From: Dimorphilus gyrociliatus
Taxonomy: Eukaryota; Animalia; Annelida
Length of the DNA stretch: 64,000 bases
Reading direction: 5' to 3'
Assembly: GCA_904063045.1 (NCBI GenBank)
Contig: CAJFCJ010000001.1
Location: 2,232,001-2,296,000, forward strand
In this document: piece by piece, positions 1-12,871 of the stretch
Layout of the letters: each line of letters begins with the position of its first letter
Position numbering within the stretch: position 1 is the stretch's first letter
Translations under genes and position numbers: made by a program
The notes under the pieces: generated by a model
The model's database searches: none
Told to the model about the DNA's origin: nothing
Seen by the model: only the letters and a program-made list of their open reading frames with translations

Positions 1-194
1 TATATATATATATATATTACTAATATAATATATCTTATAGATGAGCTCTATATACTTATTCATATAGAAAAAATAAGACTAATCTAGTCCAATAGGCTTA
101 TTTTCTTATACTCTATTTTATATCAAATTCTATATTTTGCAGTATTTTACTGTACATTACAATGATAAGATTTTTATAAACTTAATTATTTAAA

Positions 195-1543
195 CTATTT
201 GAGTGGCCTATAGTCTCTTAATGATGAGTTCGCTTTTTGTCTTTTCTGTCTTTTATTTGTAACTTTCTTAATATTTCCAAAAGTGATACATAGCCATAAT
301 ATCATAGCTAACAATACCAATAAAGTGATAAAAGCTATTAGAATTATAAAATGCCTTTGTCCGTAGTATCTTATACTAAACTGATAGTTGGGTGAAACTA
401 ACAGTGGATAACGTCTAGTGGAATACGAATAATCTTCTGTTTCTTCTCTTCCCTCACATATATCATAAAGTTTTTGATTATGTCTACCTAGTGAATTAAA
501 TGCATAAATATTACTTAAAGATCTATTTTTAGATCTTTCTCTTTCAACATTAAAATTCCATTGAGTGACATCAGATTTACATTTTAATTTACCCTTATCA
601 AAATACCATTTAGATAGTCCCGGACGTTTCATGAATAAATCGACAATATACCTATATCTGCATCCACAGCCAAAGATAACTGGTAGGCGTAATACAGCAG
701 CTCGTCTCATTGTATTGTAAATCAATTTAAATTTATCATCATTACTATTATAAGGTGGAAGGATTAATGACTTATCCAAATTCATAAATTCAATTGATGT
801 AGGATATTGGGTAGAATAAGTATTCAGAGGAAATTTCCATTCTAAGATCTTATCACTACGAGAATCAATCTGAGAATTAAACATTTAATCCATTCTGAAA
901 TTCTTCAGATTGATTCCAAATTTAACAACCTATAATCCATAACAATAATACTTTTAATATACTCTATCTTAGCCTTAGTTTGACCTTTACATTGAAATTT
1001 CGAAAATTGCCCAATATCTGTAACGGATGATTGTTCTTCAACTATTAATGTTAATACATTGATATAATAATTAACTCCACATGGTAAAAGCGTTGAATCT
1101 TTCAAAGTTAATTCCATTAAGTTAACATTTAACGACGAAGCGTTTGATTTAAATATCAAACTATTTATATTGTCTATACAATTCTGAATTTCTAAAGTGT
1201 TATTAGTTATATCGTTTTCAAATGGATTATTCATCATTATATCTGCATTGAAATTTCCTTTACATCTTATTATTACTCTTAAGCTTTTCTCCTTCTTTCT
1301 AACCATTTTCCCGACATTTTCTATGGTGTTAGAGCATCTCTCCCTAATTTCTCTTTTCATCAAGCTTGGGCAATCGATTCGTAAGCTGATTTCATCCCTA
1401 AAACCAAATTTTGTGATTCGGCATCGACATTTGTCGTCAATAGATGTCGCCCTTAGTCCATTATTTTTGAATTGAAATCTATACACACATACAATTTCAT
1501 GAAAAAAAATTATGGTTAAACTAATTAATAATAATTTATTCAT
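195..1543 (-). CDS. Orphan type-I membrane protein with LRR-type Cys caps (two ORFs, 905-1543 and 195-884, probably joined by a ~74-nt intron)
   Basis: ORF 905-1543 starts with a signal peptide (MNKLLLISLTIIFFHEIVC) and CxC...DC (LRRNT-like). ORF 195-884 has FGCGCRY...LKC...C (LRRCT-like), a ~23-aa hydrophobic TM and a basic tail. The ORFs are 20 nt apart in different frames. Confidence 0.55.
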
Positions 1544-1899
1544 AATAATTATAATATCTGTTTATTTTTAAATTTTTAAATTAGTTAATTCATTAAAGTA
1601 AATGATATTGTACATAGGCCTACTAAGTTAAATGATAATGTGGTATTTTTTGGCGAAAATAGTGTAGTTTTTTGCACTTGACGCCTATACGTAGACTTAG
1701 GTCGAAAGGTATCAAATTGATGGGAAAAGATTCTATTTCTCTCTATTTAGGTTAAGAATTAAAATGTTGGCTGTCTTAATTAGCTTTCCACTACGATCTC
1801 TCCTTTTCAAAACTCGAGTTCACTTTTCCATTGTGAAGGATGTATTAACGGCTTTCCTAAACGGAAATACATTAAGTTTAAATTTACATTGGTCAGGAT

Positions 1900-1985
1900 T
1901 TTTCTTTCTCTTTCTCTCACTTTCTGTTTCTCCCTCTAACTCTCTCTCTCCCTCTCTCTCTCTCTCTCATACACACTCACTCACT
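1900..1985. repeat. (CT)n-rich / pyrimidine microsatellite
   Basis: Imperfect ctctct run with a cacact tail. Confidence 0.85.
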
Positions 1986-3130
1986 CTTCCGTTCGCCTAT
2001 TTGTTTTATCAATAATTTAAATATTCTGGTCATATACTACCATGTGAAAAACCTAGACATCTGGTGTCGATTAAAGGAGAATTTAAGCGTCTCTCTTAAA
2101 ACCGTCTATCAACGTCTATCACAATATTAATCAAATGTGTCAGTAACTTTTCCGAACCATATAATAATTAACTCTTATTTTTCACTTTTACCTTATAAGG
2201 TAATTATAGAAAAATTGTTAAGTATTTCCCTTTTCCTTTTTAAATCCTCTAGGATGTTTATATTAAGAATATAGAGAATCAGAAGAGAAATTTCTTGTAT
2301 TTAGTAAGAAAATTTACAAAGTATACGAAAATTGTTTACTGTACGGATAAACGTGGAAAAATCCGTTTAGTTATATCAAATAGACATGTAACATATAGTT
2401 TTTGAAGTAATTCCGACATATTTTTCACCTCTTTTGTAAATTTGTATAAAAAATAATAAGAAATTCAGAGAAAATTCCATTTGGATGTCTTAATTTCAAG
2501 AATACAAAAGAAACGGGAAGAAAACAGCTTGACGTTTCCTAATCTTTCACCCCTGACCCGTTAAATTCGCCCTTTTCGACTGCCATTTCTAGCTCTGGTA
2601 AATATTTGCCCTTTTGAAATTTTTCAAGTGTTCCCACAGGTTTCGATCAGCAGTACTATTCTTTAAAAAAATCGTTTAACGAGCGACGCCGCCCACTGAG
2701 ATGTTGCGTGTCGTTTCCACTCACCTATTTTCCTTTTTTCACAAAAATTATATAATAGCCAATAAAAGTTCCGTGAAACTTTAACCATATTACAGGTGCA
2801 TTGAAACTAATCTATTTATTTACTAAACTATTTCGTTGTCATAGTTTTTAACAAACAAAAAATGAATAAATAAATAAATATGTACAGAAAAACAGAAACG
2901 CTACTGGAACCCAAAAAGGATGAAACAAGAAAGAAAAAACGACGTCTATTATATATTTTTTGGGCTAATTGTTTTTAGACTATTCCTCTGATGATAATTG
3001 TGTTTTATCATGCGTTAAGAAAGCTTAATTACCGTAATCAAAGATATGTCTTTTTTTTTAATTTTTGCTAATTATTTTATGGAAAAATTTACAGAAGATA
3101 TATAGAAGAGATGAAGATCGGTGATGTTAG

Positions 3131-4994
3131 TCATTTATACCAAGGCCTCCAGACGTCTTCGGTCACTTTCACACCGGGAACAATGTTCTCTTTATTATCA
3201 TTCATGTTCGTTCCCTCGGGCCTCGTAGCGGTTGCGTAATCGACCTTGACCCTTGACACCATAGAAATTGGCACGAGAATAGTGGCTAATGGACCGGAAG
3301 GTTGCACGCTCTTTTTGAAGGCTGGGTGAATTCTTTCTTGATGAGACGGCGATAAATTGTTGATTTTATTAAATAAATGATTTATTAATCGATTTCGTAA
3401 ATCTTCGTCGATATCGTTTGCGGTCGATAAATAACTTTTTACTTTATTTGCGCAATCGTTAAATCCTGCCATATATCTATTTTCCAAATTTGAATTCGTA
3501 GTTGCTGTAATGTAAGATAAAATAAGAAAAATTGAAAACCAATCATCACGTTGGAAAATTAGGCGTCTCTATACTTTTAATAAAAACTCCATTAAAAAAA
3601 TGATAGGAATAACACGAAGTTGGAGAATTAATAAGCTTCGTTAGATAGTATATAAAGATCATTAAATCGGATGAAAAATCTTATTATTCTCCCAATTTTT
3701 ACTACTACTTGAAATGTCTATAAATAGTTTAATAAACCAACAAGCAAGCCTATATTACCCCACTGTCAATGACGCCTGCAGTGTTGATTACGAATCACTG
3801 GAACTTATTTCGTAATCATTACGTTACCCGAGCATATTACGTAATAGTATAACCAAAACGATATGTAATAAAAGCGTGACTTCCAAGATACTGATCAGCT
3901 GCTAACAGTTTTAACAGATAGTAAAAGTCGATGATTTGAACGACAACTTTCTCAAAACACTCTTGCTTTTTTCTTCAAGAATTTTTTTATTGCATTTTTT
4001 TCTTTTTAAAAAAAAATCTTTATTAAAATAAAAATATTTCCTGAAATGTTTTTTCTTGCAAACTACAACAATAAAAAAAAGGTCTTAAAAATTATTGGTA
4101 GGAGGGAAAAACGATTAAAAGCGTTAATTGATCAATAAAAAGAAAGTAAAACGATAAGGAAGCTGTCAGTATCGAATTTCGTGAGAAATTCTTTACATAC
4201 CCAAAAACTGGTCCGCTAAAAATGGGCGGAGCTTTGGGTGGAGGGCGCAGAAGGCAATTTAATTTTTTTTTTTGTATAAAAGGTTAACGTTTCAAAGTGT
4301 CAAAGATTTTTGTATAACTAAATTTTAATGCCTTAAGGTCTAGTCAAACATCATTGACAGTTAAATTATACATCTCAATCAACAATATGTAATTATTGGT
4401 TCTTACCTAAGATTTGTTGCATCCTCTGCTGTCTAAGATATTTAACTGTCATCTCTAAAATATCTGCCTTTTCTAATTTCGAATACATAGAATCACTCTA
4501 AAAAGAAAAGAAACAAATATAAATATATATACTGTATATATTTAATATATTATGCCAATAAACTACGATGATATATAAACATACAAGACGATTTGAATAT
4601 GGAATTTTAATCCGCCTTTAGCTTATTTTCCTAAGAGTTTATCACTTTAAAAATGAAAAGAAAAACACGTATATGTCGACATTCTTACCTCTTTTTTCAT
4701 GGCTTGTAATACAAGTAATTTGATTTGATTTAAACATGAATTTATTCTAGCTCTTCGTTTCTTCTCAACCAGAGGCTTGTTATTCTGTAATTATAGCTTC
4801 GTTAATTTCAAATACTTATTAATTGATTAGTTAATTACTGTTGGTCAAATATAAGTTTTAAAAAAGTGAATATTAAAGAAGTCTAGTACTCTTCTTACAC
4901 TTCAGAAAAAAATTCAACTTACTTTACGGTTGGTGGCCATTCTATTTTTATTCCTACGTCTTCGACGATGCAATGAGACGGAGTATTTGAGCAT
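3131..4994 (-). CDS. hes: Hairy/Enhancer-of-split (Hes) bHLH-Orange repressor; exons ~4994 (or 4940)-4923, 4784-4689, 4497-4407, 3504-3131
   Basis: Spliced translation: MATNRK|NNKPLVEKKRRARINSCLNQIKLLVLQAMKKE|SDSMYSKLEKADILEMTVKYLRQ...; Orange domain RYMAGFNDCANKVKSYL; ends VWRPWYK. 96-nt exon 2 and intron phases match Hes genes. Start codon (4994 vs 4940) uncertain. Confidence 0.95.
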
Positions 4995-5356
4995 GGCAGG
5001 CGACGGCTTGACGCCTCTAGACTGGTTCTTTGCACGCACTACTTTCCTTGAATATTCTCGTGATGTTAAAAAAAATCCCTCCTTTCAATATATCAAGATA
5101 ATAATGGGTTTATGGGTAATATGCCGAGCTCTTTTCTCTGTTAATTAACTTAAATAAGCCTATTTAGTTTTTTAAGAGTTTTTAATCTTCTAAAGTAAGC
5201 CTTGTACAAGGTATTATAACTAAAGATGACAAATAAATCAATTTAAACAGACTTTAAACTTTTCCTCTCTTTTCTTTCATTTTTTAGTTTACCATAAGTA
5301 GCATACGCACACACGTGCAAGCGCGCGCATATAGAATATACAGTATATATACATAT

Positions 5357-5361
<5 letters not shown>

Positions 5362-5407
<46 letters not shown>
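5362..5407. repeat. (CT)n microsatellite upstream of Hes
   Basis: About 22 perfect CT units, followed by degenerate ctat/ctct repeats. Confidence 0.95.
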
Positions 5408-5408
<1 letters not shown>

Positions 5409-5745
5409 ATCTATATAGCTATCTCTCTATCTATCTCTATCTTCTATTATCCCTTACTTTTTTTCTTTCTTTCCTTTAGAATTTTCCACATTCTAATTTT
5501 TAGAAAAACAATAAAACTATAGAAGGTCACTGGCATGAATATTTTAAATGAAAGTTCAGGAATATTTGAAGACCCGTATAGGGAAATAAACGGGATTCTT
5601 AGTAATATTTATACTATTTAGCGCTTCGTCTCTGAATATTTTTACTCTTCAGTTATACACAGAACAATGTTTTTGATTTAGTTTATAGAAAAGCAATTAA
5701 TTTATTTATATTGAGAAACTTCAATATTGAACCTTCTGGGATAAT

Positions 5746-8023
5746 TTATTCTAAAGTTATTTCATTTGGGAAAACGCATATAGGTTTAAAACGGTTCATT
5801 AATAATATACTAACGTATAGGAAACAAGTTACTATATATACGCCACCATTTATAAAGAAGATATTATGATAGGATCCAAACGAGTCGTATAAGAGGCCAG
5901 CTAAAGATGGACCCAATAGAGTTCCACAACCAACTCCACATCTAAAGATTGTAAATAGGTAATTAACTTTCATTCCTTGAAAAACCTCTCCGCAAGAGGA
6001 GTACATAGCAGCAATAATCGGACCCCCAGCTGCGCCCAGAACTGTTAACCAAAACAAAATGTAATTAAAAATAAAAGTTAAATAATACAGAGTAAAATGA
6101 ACGAGGAGAGATTTTCTTTACTAAATTCTAACTAAATGGAGTGAAAAATCTAAAATTCCTTAATAATTTTACCTAGAAATATCAACGATTAAATAGATTA
6201 AGTAAATGTCAAATATTTCCCTATTTAATTAATTAAACTAACATTCTTATTTACGGTTGAAGTAGCTGATTGCAATTAATAAGTTCTATTTTGACAAAAA
6301 AAATGCAATTGAGTTACTTGAAGGACAGGTGGTATGCTATATAATAAAATCATTCCTTAAGGGCGCCCCCTATTAAGAAGGTTTAAGTTATGCATCTTTA
6401 TCCTGATTATTAAAAGAATCTAGGATTTTGTAAATAGGTTCAATTGAATGAAAATTCTAGCGTAATGGTATTATTTTGATAACCTTTTAACCTATCCATT
6501 AACTAAACGCTTGCCAAAGTTCTAATGTACGACAATAGGGAAAGTAATCGTAAGATTTTCTTTACCGCATCCGTAGATAATCATTCCAGTGATGGTGGTT
6601 GCAAAAGCTCCGAACCAATTTAATATCGCTAAGAGAAAGGTCGAACTGGCGTAGACAATGAGAAACTTCCCTTTTATCTTATCCCCCCAGTAAGATATGG
6701 CGGATCTTGTTAACAATTCACACACAGCCACCGACATCATACCCTTTGTTGAATTGGCTCGAGATATACCCAAAGAGTCCATGTGCATGACCAACACCAA
6801 AAATGGCGTATAATATGCAACCGATTTGAAAAATGATGCAAAGAACCAAATAATACTCATAATCAAATTTGTTCTTGGATGAATTTTGTTCGTTAGTAAT
6901 CCTAGAATGTGATTTTAAGGATAAAGGGAAACAATCGATAATGATAACGAAGAGACAGTTTGGCTAATTATCATCTTTAAAATCACATTCCTGTTCTTTC
7001 ATCTGTAACCATAGGAGTACTTTCGATCATATTCGTTGGTTCAACGAGAAATATTGCGCATAGGCTCCCAACAATAAATGTAACTACAGCAAATAAAGAA
7101 AATACCAACTGAAAGGACATTTTCGTTAGGAAATAATAAGTTAAAGGATTAAAAATTAGCGTTCCTATAGGAAAAGCGCACGAAATGAGGCTGGTAGTTA
7201 AAACATGTCGTGGGTGTGCGAGGGGAAAATAAGCGTCTAATAAAAAAAAGGGTGGATTTAAAACTAGACTACCACCAATACCGTACATAATGGAATAGGT
7301 TGTAAACATTGCAAGTAAATTTGGTGTTTTTGGTAGAGCTGTAAATGCTAGAGCCATACTGCAGATGAATATTCCAATTGCGACGGTTTTTCTCGTTCTC
7401 AATTTTGAGTGTACTTTCGAAGCGAAAGGAGAACATAACATTGGCAAACAGAGACTAACAGCTCCTATCCAATCTAATCATTTAATAAGGCTATAAATTA
7501 ATATCTTTCATTGAATGACGAAAATTATTACAATTAAATATCATTCTTTTTACGTATTAACCTTTAACATTTATAATAACCGCTTATTATCACTCCTGGT
7601 GAGAGAGTAATCTCTTATTTCACGACATTATTGAGGAACTTTACTATTAAAAATGATTAAATTATTGACAAGTAATGCGGAACGAAAGGGAAATGAAGAG
7701 AAGTTCATAAAATGCCTTTAACGATTTAATCGGTCAATTTAAACTTTACTGTCCAGATTTAGGTAAGAAAAAAAGAGAAGACTTTATTTGTAACTATCTT
7801 CAATTGCTCTTTTCTAATACGATATTTAATTATTTCTTAAAAACTTACTAAGAAATGTTGCACTTTGGCCATAATCTCGATTTAAAACCAGTAAAAATTC
7901 GTTGAAAGACACTAATATTCCCATAATTAATGAGAAAACTGCCAATGAACAAATACAAACAATACATCCTCCCCACTTTTGCCAAAGATTAGTAGATGCT
8001 TGTAAAATACGTTTAAAAGACAT
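5746..8023 (-). CDS. Monocarboxylate transporter family (SLC16/MCT-like) MFS transporter, multi-exon
   Basis: WGGCIVCICSLAVFSLIMG (TM1), NWIGAVSL...PFASKV, YSIMYGIGGSLV, AYYTPFLVLV, LLGPSLAGLLYDSFGSYH: typical SLC16 motifs across ORFs 7826-8032, 6983-7447, 6522-6866, 5746-6057. GT-AG junction at 7849 checked. Confidence 0.9.
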
Positions 8024-8744
8024 TACGTTCAAGATTTTATTCTCTCTCGTCCTATTTTCAAGCCTGAAGGTAACTGATATAAAAAAATTTCCAGATGACT
8101 TATTTATTGATTTGAAAATTCATAATTTGGAAATTATGCCAAGGAGATTTTTCCAAGTGCGGCTCAATCCACAACTTTTTTTTCAGAGTTTTATTATGGA
8201 AAGGTTTTGTATAGCAATTAAACAGGAGTGTAATTAGTCTTTTTCGATAACTTAATAATGATAGTCGTAGTAATTTGGCTTTGAAGTTGTCTATTTCTTT
8301 TTAGTTGATATTTTAGCATCAAAGTAGAAAATCAATAAGTGCTGTTTAATTCTCTTCTAAAGATAGCATTTAAAGTAAACTAAACTTCATCGCTTTCGAA
8401 TTCTGAGCCATAGAGTATGTTCATATTTCCTATTTTGTTTAATATCCTATAGGATGTTTGTGATAGGCTGATGTCTACTTGTACTGAAAAATGTATATTA
8501 AAATGACGGTCAAGTAGTGTATTACACATAGTGCAATAATAGGACATATTAACTAATAAACGCTTCTTTTGAGCCACTGACATCTTACATTACACAGAAT
8601 AAATGCATATTTTAGTTCTTATCAACGAATTCCTTTAACGAAAAAAGCATTGATATTGTTAGGAACCAGAGAGCAGACTATTACTATAGAATATAGAATG
8701 AAAGTGAGGAGCGTTCATGCTTTGACCGTCCAAACGCTTTACGC

Positions 8745-9576
8745 CTATTTCAGTTGACCACTATTAGCGATGGTGACAGGGGACTTGACTGATCCAGAAG
8801 AAGAACCTTCTGCCTCAATCTTTTTAACAACGTCCATACCATCAATAACATTACCAAAAACAACGTGTTTTCCATCGAGCCAGTCGGTCTTGATGGTGCA
8901 CAAGAAGAATTGTGAACCATTAGTGTTTGGTCCAGCGTTGGCCATGGATAGAACTCCTATTAGAATGCAAAAAAAAATTAATTAGAAAGTGTCATTAGAT
9001 TAGTTTGTCAAACGAACTTCCTGAACTAATTAAAGTCCATGAAGACTCATGTGTTAACCGCCTAACCTACATTTAGATGTATCGGTTTTTTTTTAAAGAT
9101 TACACTTTCACGTTTTATTGATTTTCGTTTGGTTTAAAGTTGGAACTGACTGTTCAATCTAAAGTTAATTCAAACTTCAAACAGAACTTTGATAAAATTG
9201 TCATTAGTGAAAATATTTACAATTTGTCTGTTTTTATACAATATGCATGTAGAAATGGCGCGCAGTCATGGCGGCCATTTTGTTACTAACCGGCTCCTGT
9301 ATGTTTAAGGGCGAAATTCTCGTCTTCGAATTTGTTCCCGTAGATGCTTTTGCCACCAGTGCCGTTGTGGTTGGTGAAGTCACCACCTTGGCACATGAAG
9401 CTTGGGATGACTCTGTGGAATTTGGAGCCCTTGTAGCCAAAACCTTTCTCGCCGGTGCACAATGCGCGGAAGTTTTCAGCTGTTTTTGGAACAACGTCTG
9501 ATCTTAGTTCCATCGTGATACGACCAGCAGGTTTCCCTCCAATTTCAATATCGAAGAAGCATTGAGGAAGAGACAT
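8745..9576 (-). CDS. PPIA: Cyclophilin A-type peptidyl-prolyl cis-trans isomerase, 165 aa; exons 9576-9291 and 8956-8745
   Basis: [39 protein letters not shown]...G|[20 protein letters not shown]...[10 protein letters not shown]. Phase-1 intron gives a 498-nt CDS. Confidence 0.97.
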
Positions 9577-9650
9577 TTTCAATGTATGTAGTGAGTAAAC
9601 TTGACGTTTGTCTTGTACCGGTACCGCTAGGAGTGGAAATTTTTAAGATA

Positions 9651-9661
9651 GGAAGTGACGT
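9651..9661 (+). promoter_or_regulatory. ETS-CRE composite motif (GGAAGTGACGT) in the cyclophilin/AKR divergent promoter
   Basis: Exact GGAAGTGACGT ~75 nt upstream of the cyclophilin ATG. Motif match only. Confidence 0.4.
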
Positions 9662-10150
9662 AGGTTGACCTCAATATCATTCAGTTTCGTAAAAAATATT
9701 TTTGTAAAATAAAAGCCTAAAATGAACTAAAATTAATTAAATTAAAAGTAATTTTCATTTGTAATAATTTACTAATTTGTCAAGTTGAACTGAAAAATTG
9801 ACCAATCACAAGACTCGTCACCAAGTTGATTCTTTACATGGCTCTTACAGATTGAATGCCTCTTTCCAAAATAAAAATAATTTTACTAATTATTTTTTAT
9901 AGAATACATTGTAACAAAATTTTTGAAAAAGGAAGCGATAAAGAGGATGTAGAATAAACTCTTCTAAAATGTTCATTATCAAAATATCAAAAAAATCTAT
10001 ACTCCGTACAGTCTTTATACCATAAAAATATTTTGTATGCTAAAATAAAGAATATCATATTTTACCATAAATACGAAAATGAACTCAATTTCTGAGCGAT
10101 AATTTTGCTATACATCTATCATAGAACTTTTCAAGTACCCAGTTAAAAAT

Positions 10151-11300
10151 ATGGGTGAAAATATTAAAATTGCAGAAAATCTAAGTTCAACCATTCGCTT
10201 AAATGATGGAGTAGATATGCCCTTATTTGGCCTTGGTGTTTGGCTTCTTAAGGGAGAAACTGCAGAGACTGCTATATGTCATGCGCTAAAGAACGGTTAC
10301 AAAATGCTTGACACTGCACAGTTTTACGAGTTAGCTTTTATAACTTTTATTACATTCATATGCAACAACCATCATACGATGGTATTATTAGTAATAATAT
10401 TAATTGTAGTAATTGATATCAAATTTTTGTATCTTCATTAAAGAAACGAAACACAAGTTGGTCGAGGTTTAAAGCTTTCTGGAATTGACAGAAAGGACAT
10501 TTTTTTCGTTACTAAAGTGTGGTATACAAGTCATGGTCGTGAAGGTTCCATAGAAACATTTAATGCCAGCCTTAAAAAGTTAAAAGCAATAACTTAAAAT
10601 CAAATTATACAGAGCTGATCATTTTATTGATTATTTAGATTAGGTACTGACTACATTGATTTGTACCTCATACACTCTCCTTATGGCGGTAAAGTATTGG
10701 AGACTTACGATACACTTTTGGAATTTAAATCACAGGGAAAAATAAGGTTCATTGCAACTATTTAAAACAAAGTGTTCTTAAAGCTTAAAATATATTTTTC
10801 TTTATCAAGATCTGTTGGAGTATCAAACTTTGGAATTCAACATTTAGAAGCATTGGAAAAAGCTGGGAGACCACTTCCGTCTGTTAATCAAATAGAATTG
10901 CATCCTTTCCAAAGAAAAGAGAAAATAGTAAAATATTGTAAGGAAAAAGGGATTACTGTAATGGGATATAGTCCATTAAGTAAAGGAAAATCATTAGATA
11001 AGCCCATGCTAAGTGAAATGTCTGCAAAGTACGGCAAAAACGTTGGTCAACTAATGATAAGATATAGTGTTCAAATGGGTTATATTACTATTCCGAAATC
11101 ACAAAACTTTGACAGAATTATCTCAAATACCGATGTTTTCGATTGGAGAATAAGTGATGAAGATATGAAAGTTCTTGTAAGTTTTATATTAAATTAATAA
11201 TATGGCAATATAAATATAAAATGAAACGGTTATTTAATAGAATAATTCGGAAGAAGAGAGCTGTACGTGGGACCCGACGGTGGAACCATGGATAAGCTAA
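10151..11300 (+). CDS. Aldo-keto reductase (AKR5/PGF-synthase/glyoxal-reductase-like), multi-exon
   Basis: LNDGVDMPLFGLGVW, DTAQFYE (Asp/Tyr), FVTKVW (Lys), LIHSP (His), GVSNFG, NQIELHP, IPKS; last exon ends WDPTVEPWIS* at 11300. Confidence 0.93.
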
Positions 11301-11452
11301 ATTGGCAAACTTGAAAGAAACGAGATAATACTTTATTTATCAGTTGATAAATGTCTAAAACAACGTGTAATCAAATCATTTTAGCTATACAAATAAAAGC
11401 AAAAGTATTAAAAGTTATTAAGGACATTAGTCGTTGTTTTCCTTAACCTTTT

Positions 11453-12871
11453 CTATTGCATTTGAAAACCTATGTTATCAGCACCTACTTCTGTCGGAGT
11501 TTTCATACCACTATGCCTTCGAATAATCCCAAAAGAACTTCTTCTAACAGTCATTTGTTCATTTACTTGTAGTTGACAACCATCCAGATACCTACTCACA
11601 GTATTAATGTCATGTTCAACTATATCAGAGCCAAGATCTTCTTCTTCTGGACTTAGTCTTAAACCTATGGTCCGATTTATAAGGTATAATAGAATAAAGC
11701 TTATAGAACCACTCCAACCTACAATGCAGACAATTGCCAGAACCTGTACACCTAATAGATAGAAACCTCCACCATGTGTTAAACCTGAACGACCGTCAGT
11801 AATTCTTTCAATTTTATCATCATCGCCAAAGATACCCACTGCTATCATTCCCCAGATTCCACCAATTCCATGGACAGCAAATGCTCCTACCGGGTCATCT
11901 ATCTTTAAGCGATCGAGTAATGGGCAAAAACTCACAACAAATAAGGCGCCAATTGCTCCGATCACTATAGACTCCCACGGTCTAACGATGGCACATGATG
12001 CTGTTATCGAAACTAATGAGCCAAGAATTGAGTTTACTAAATCTTCTATCATAAATTTCTTTTTATTAACAATAAAAGAATAAATTAGACCAGCCACCCC
12101 ACCACCAACAGAGGCGTTTATGGTTGTGACAGCCGATTTAGCCGCAAGTATCCACTTTCCTCCCGATATGCCAAAGGTACTTCCACAATTGAATCCTAAC
12201 CAACCCCACCACAGCATAAACATACCCACCAGTGCATTTGTTGGATTTCCAAGTTGTTTTTTGTTTTGCGAATCGTATCTTCCTCTTCTGGGACCAAGTA
12301 ACATTGCAGCAACAATAGCCGAAACAGCTCCAAGCAAATGCACACCTCCTGAACCTGCGATATCAACTACTCCCAAAGTTTTCAAAAACCCGTTACTAGC
12401 CCAAATCCAATGAGCGGGTATACAATAAACAACTGTATTTAAGAAAGAAAAGATAACATACGCTGTCAATTTCGTTCTCTCTGCCATGGCTCCTGAAACG
12501 ATAGTTGTTGCTGTAGTAGCAAACGACAATTGAAAAATAAATGTTGAGTAAATTTGTCCGATATCGCTTGACTCATCTCCATCTACTAAGAATTGACCAA
12601 CGCCAACAAATGCATTAGAATATTCCCCATCTCCAAAACTTAAACCGTAACCATAAGCCCAGTAAGTAATACCACCAAAAACTACATCTACTGCATTTTT
12701 TACCATAATGTTCACTTCATTTTTGGCTGACACGCATCCTGCCTCCAATAAGCCAAATCCTGATTGCATTGTAAAAATAATAAAGGATGATGTAAGAATC
12801 CACGTAGCGTCATCCCAAGACATGGCTTGTGCTTTCGTTGTTACGACTGGAATGAGAGTTGTGTTGTTCAT
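11453..12871 (-). CDS. amt: Ammonium transporter (invertebrate Amt), 472 aa, single coding exon
   Basis: MQSGFGLLEAG, FQLSFATTATTIVSGAMAER, DIAGSGGVH and DDPVGAFAVHG (twin His), GWLGFNCGS (Phe gate). Confidence 0.97.
   Translation of the reverse strand: MNNTTLIPVVTTKAQAMSWDDATWILTSSFIIFTMQSGFGLLEAGCVSAKNEVNIMVKNAVDVVFGGITYWAYGYGLSFGDGEYSNAFVGVGQFLVDGDESSDIGQIYSTFIFQLSFATTATTIVSGAMAERTKLTAYVIFSFLNTVVYCIPAHWIWASNGFLKTLGVVDIAGSGGVHLLGAVSAIVAAMLLGPRRGRYDSQNKKQLGNPTNALVGMFMLWWGWLGFNCGSTFGISGGKWILAAKSAVTTINASVGGGVAGLIYSFIVNKKKFMIEDLVNSILGSLVSITASCAIVRPWESIVIGAIGALFVVSFCPLLDRLKIDDPVGAFAVHGIGGIWGMIAVGIFGDDDKIERITDGRSGLTHGGGFYLLGVQVLAIVCIVGWSGSISFILLYLINRTIGLRLSPEEEDLGSDIVEHDINTVSRYLDGCQLQVNEQMTVRRSSFGIIRRHSGMKTPTEVGADNIGFQMQ

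Noticed and set aside
2760-3130. Brd/K/GY-box or miR-9 sites in the Hes 3' UTR
   Set aside because: Only one AGCTTT 6-mer was found (~3020), as expected by chance in AT-rich DNA.
8770-9501. Overlapping ORFs 8770-8985(+), 9268-9501(+), 9234-9494(-)
   Set aside because: Antisense or alternative-frame shadows of the conserved cyclophilin exons; no motifs.
10151-11300. Possible horizontal transfer of the bacterial-looking AKR5-type reductase
   Set aside because: It has several normal spliceosomal introns and similar enzymes are widespread in invertebrates; no evidence without a phylogeny.
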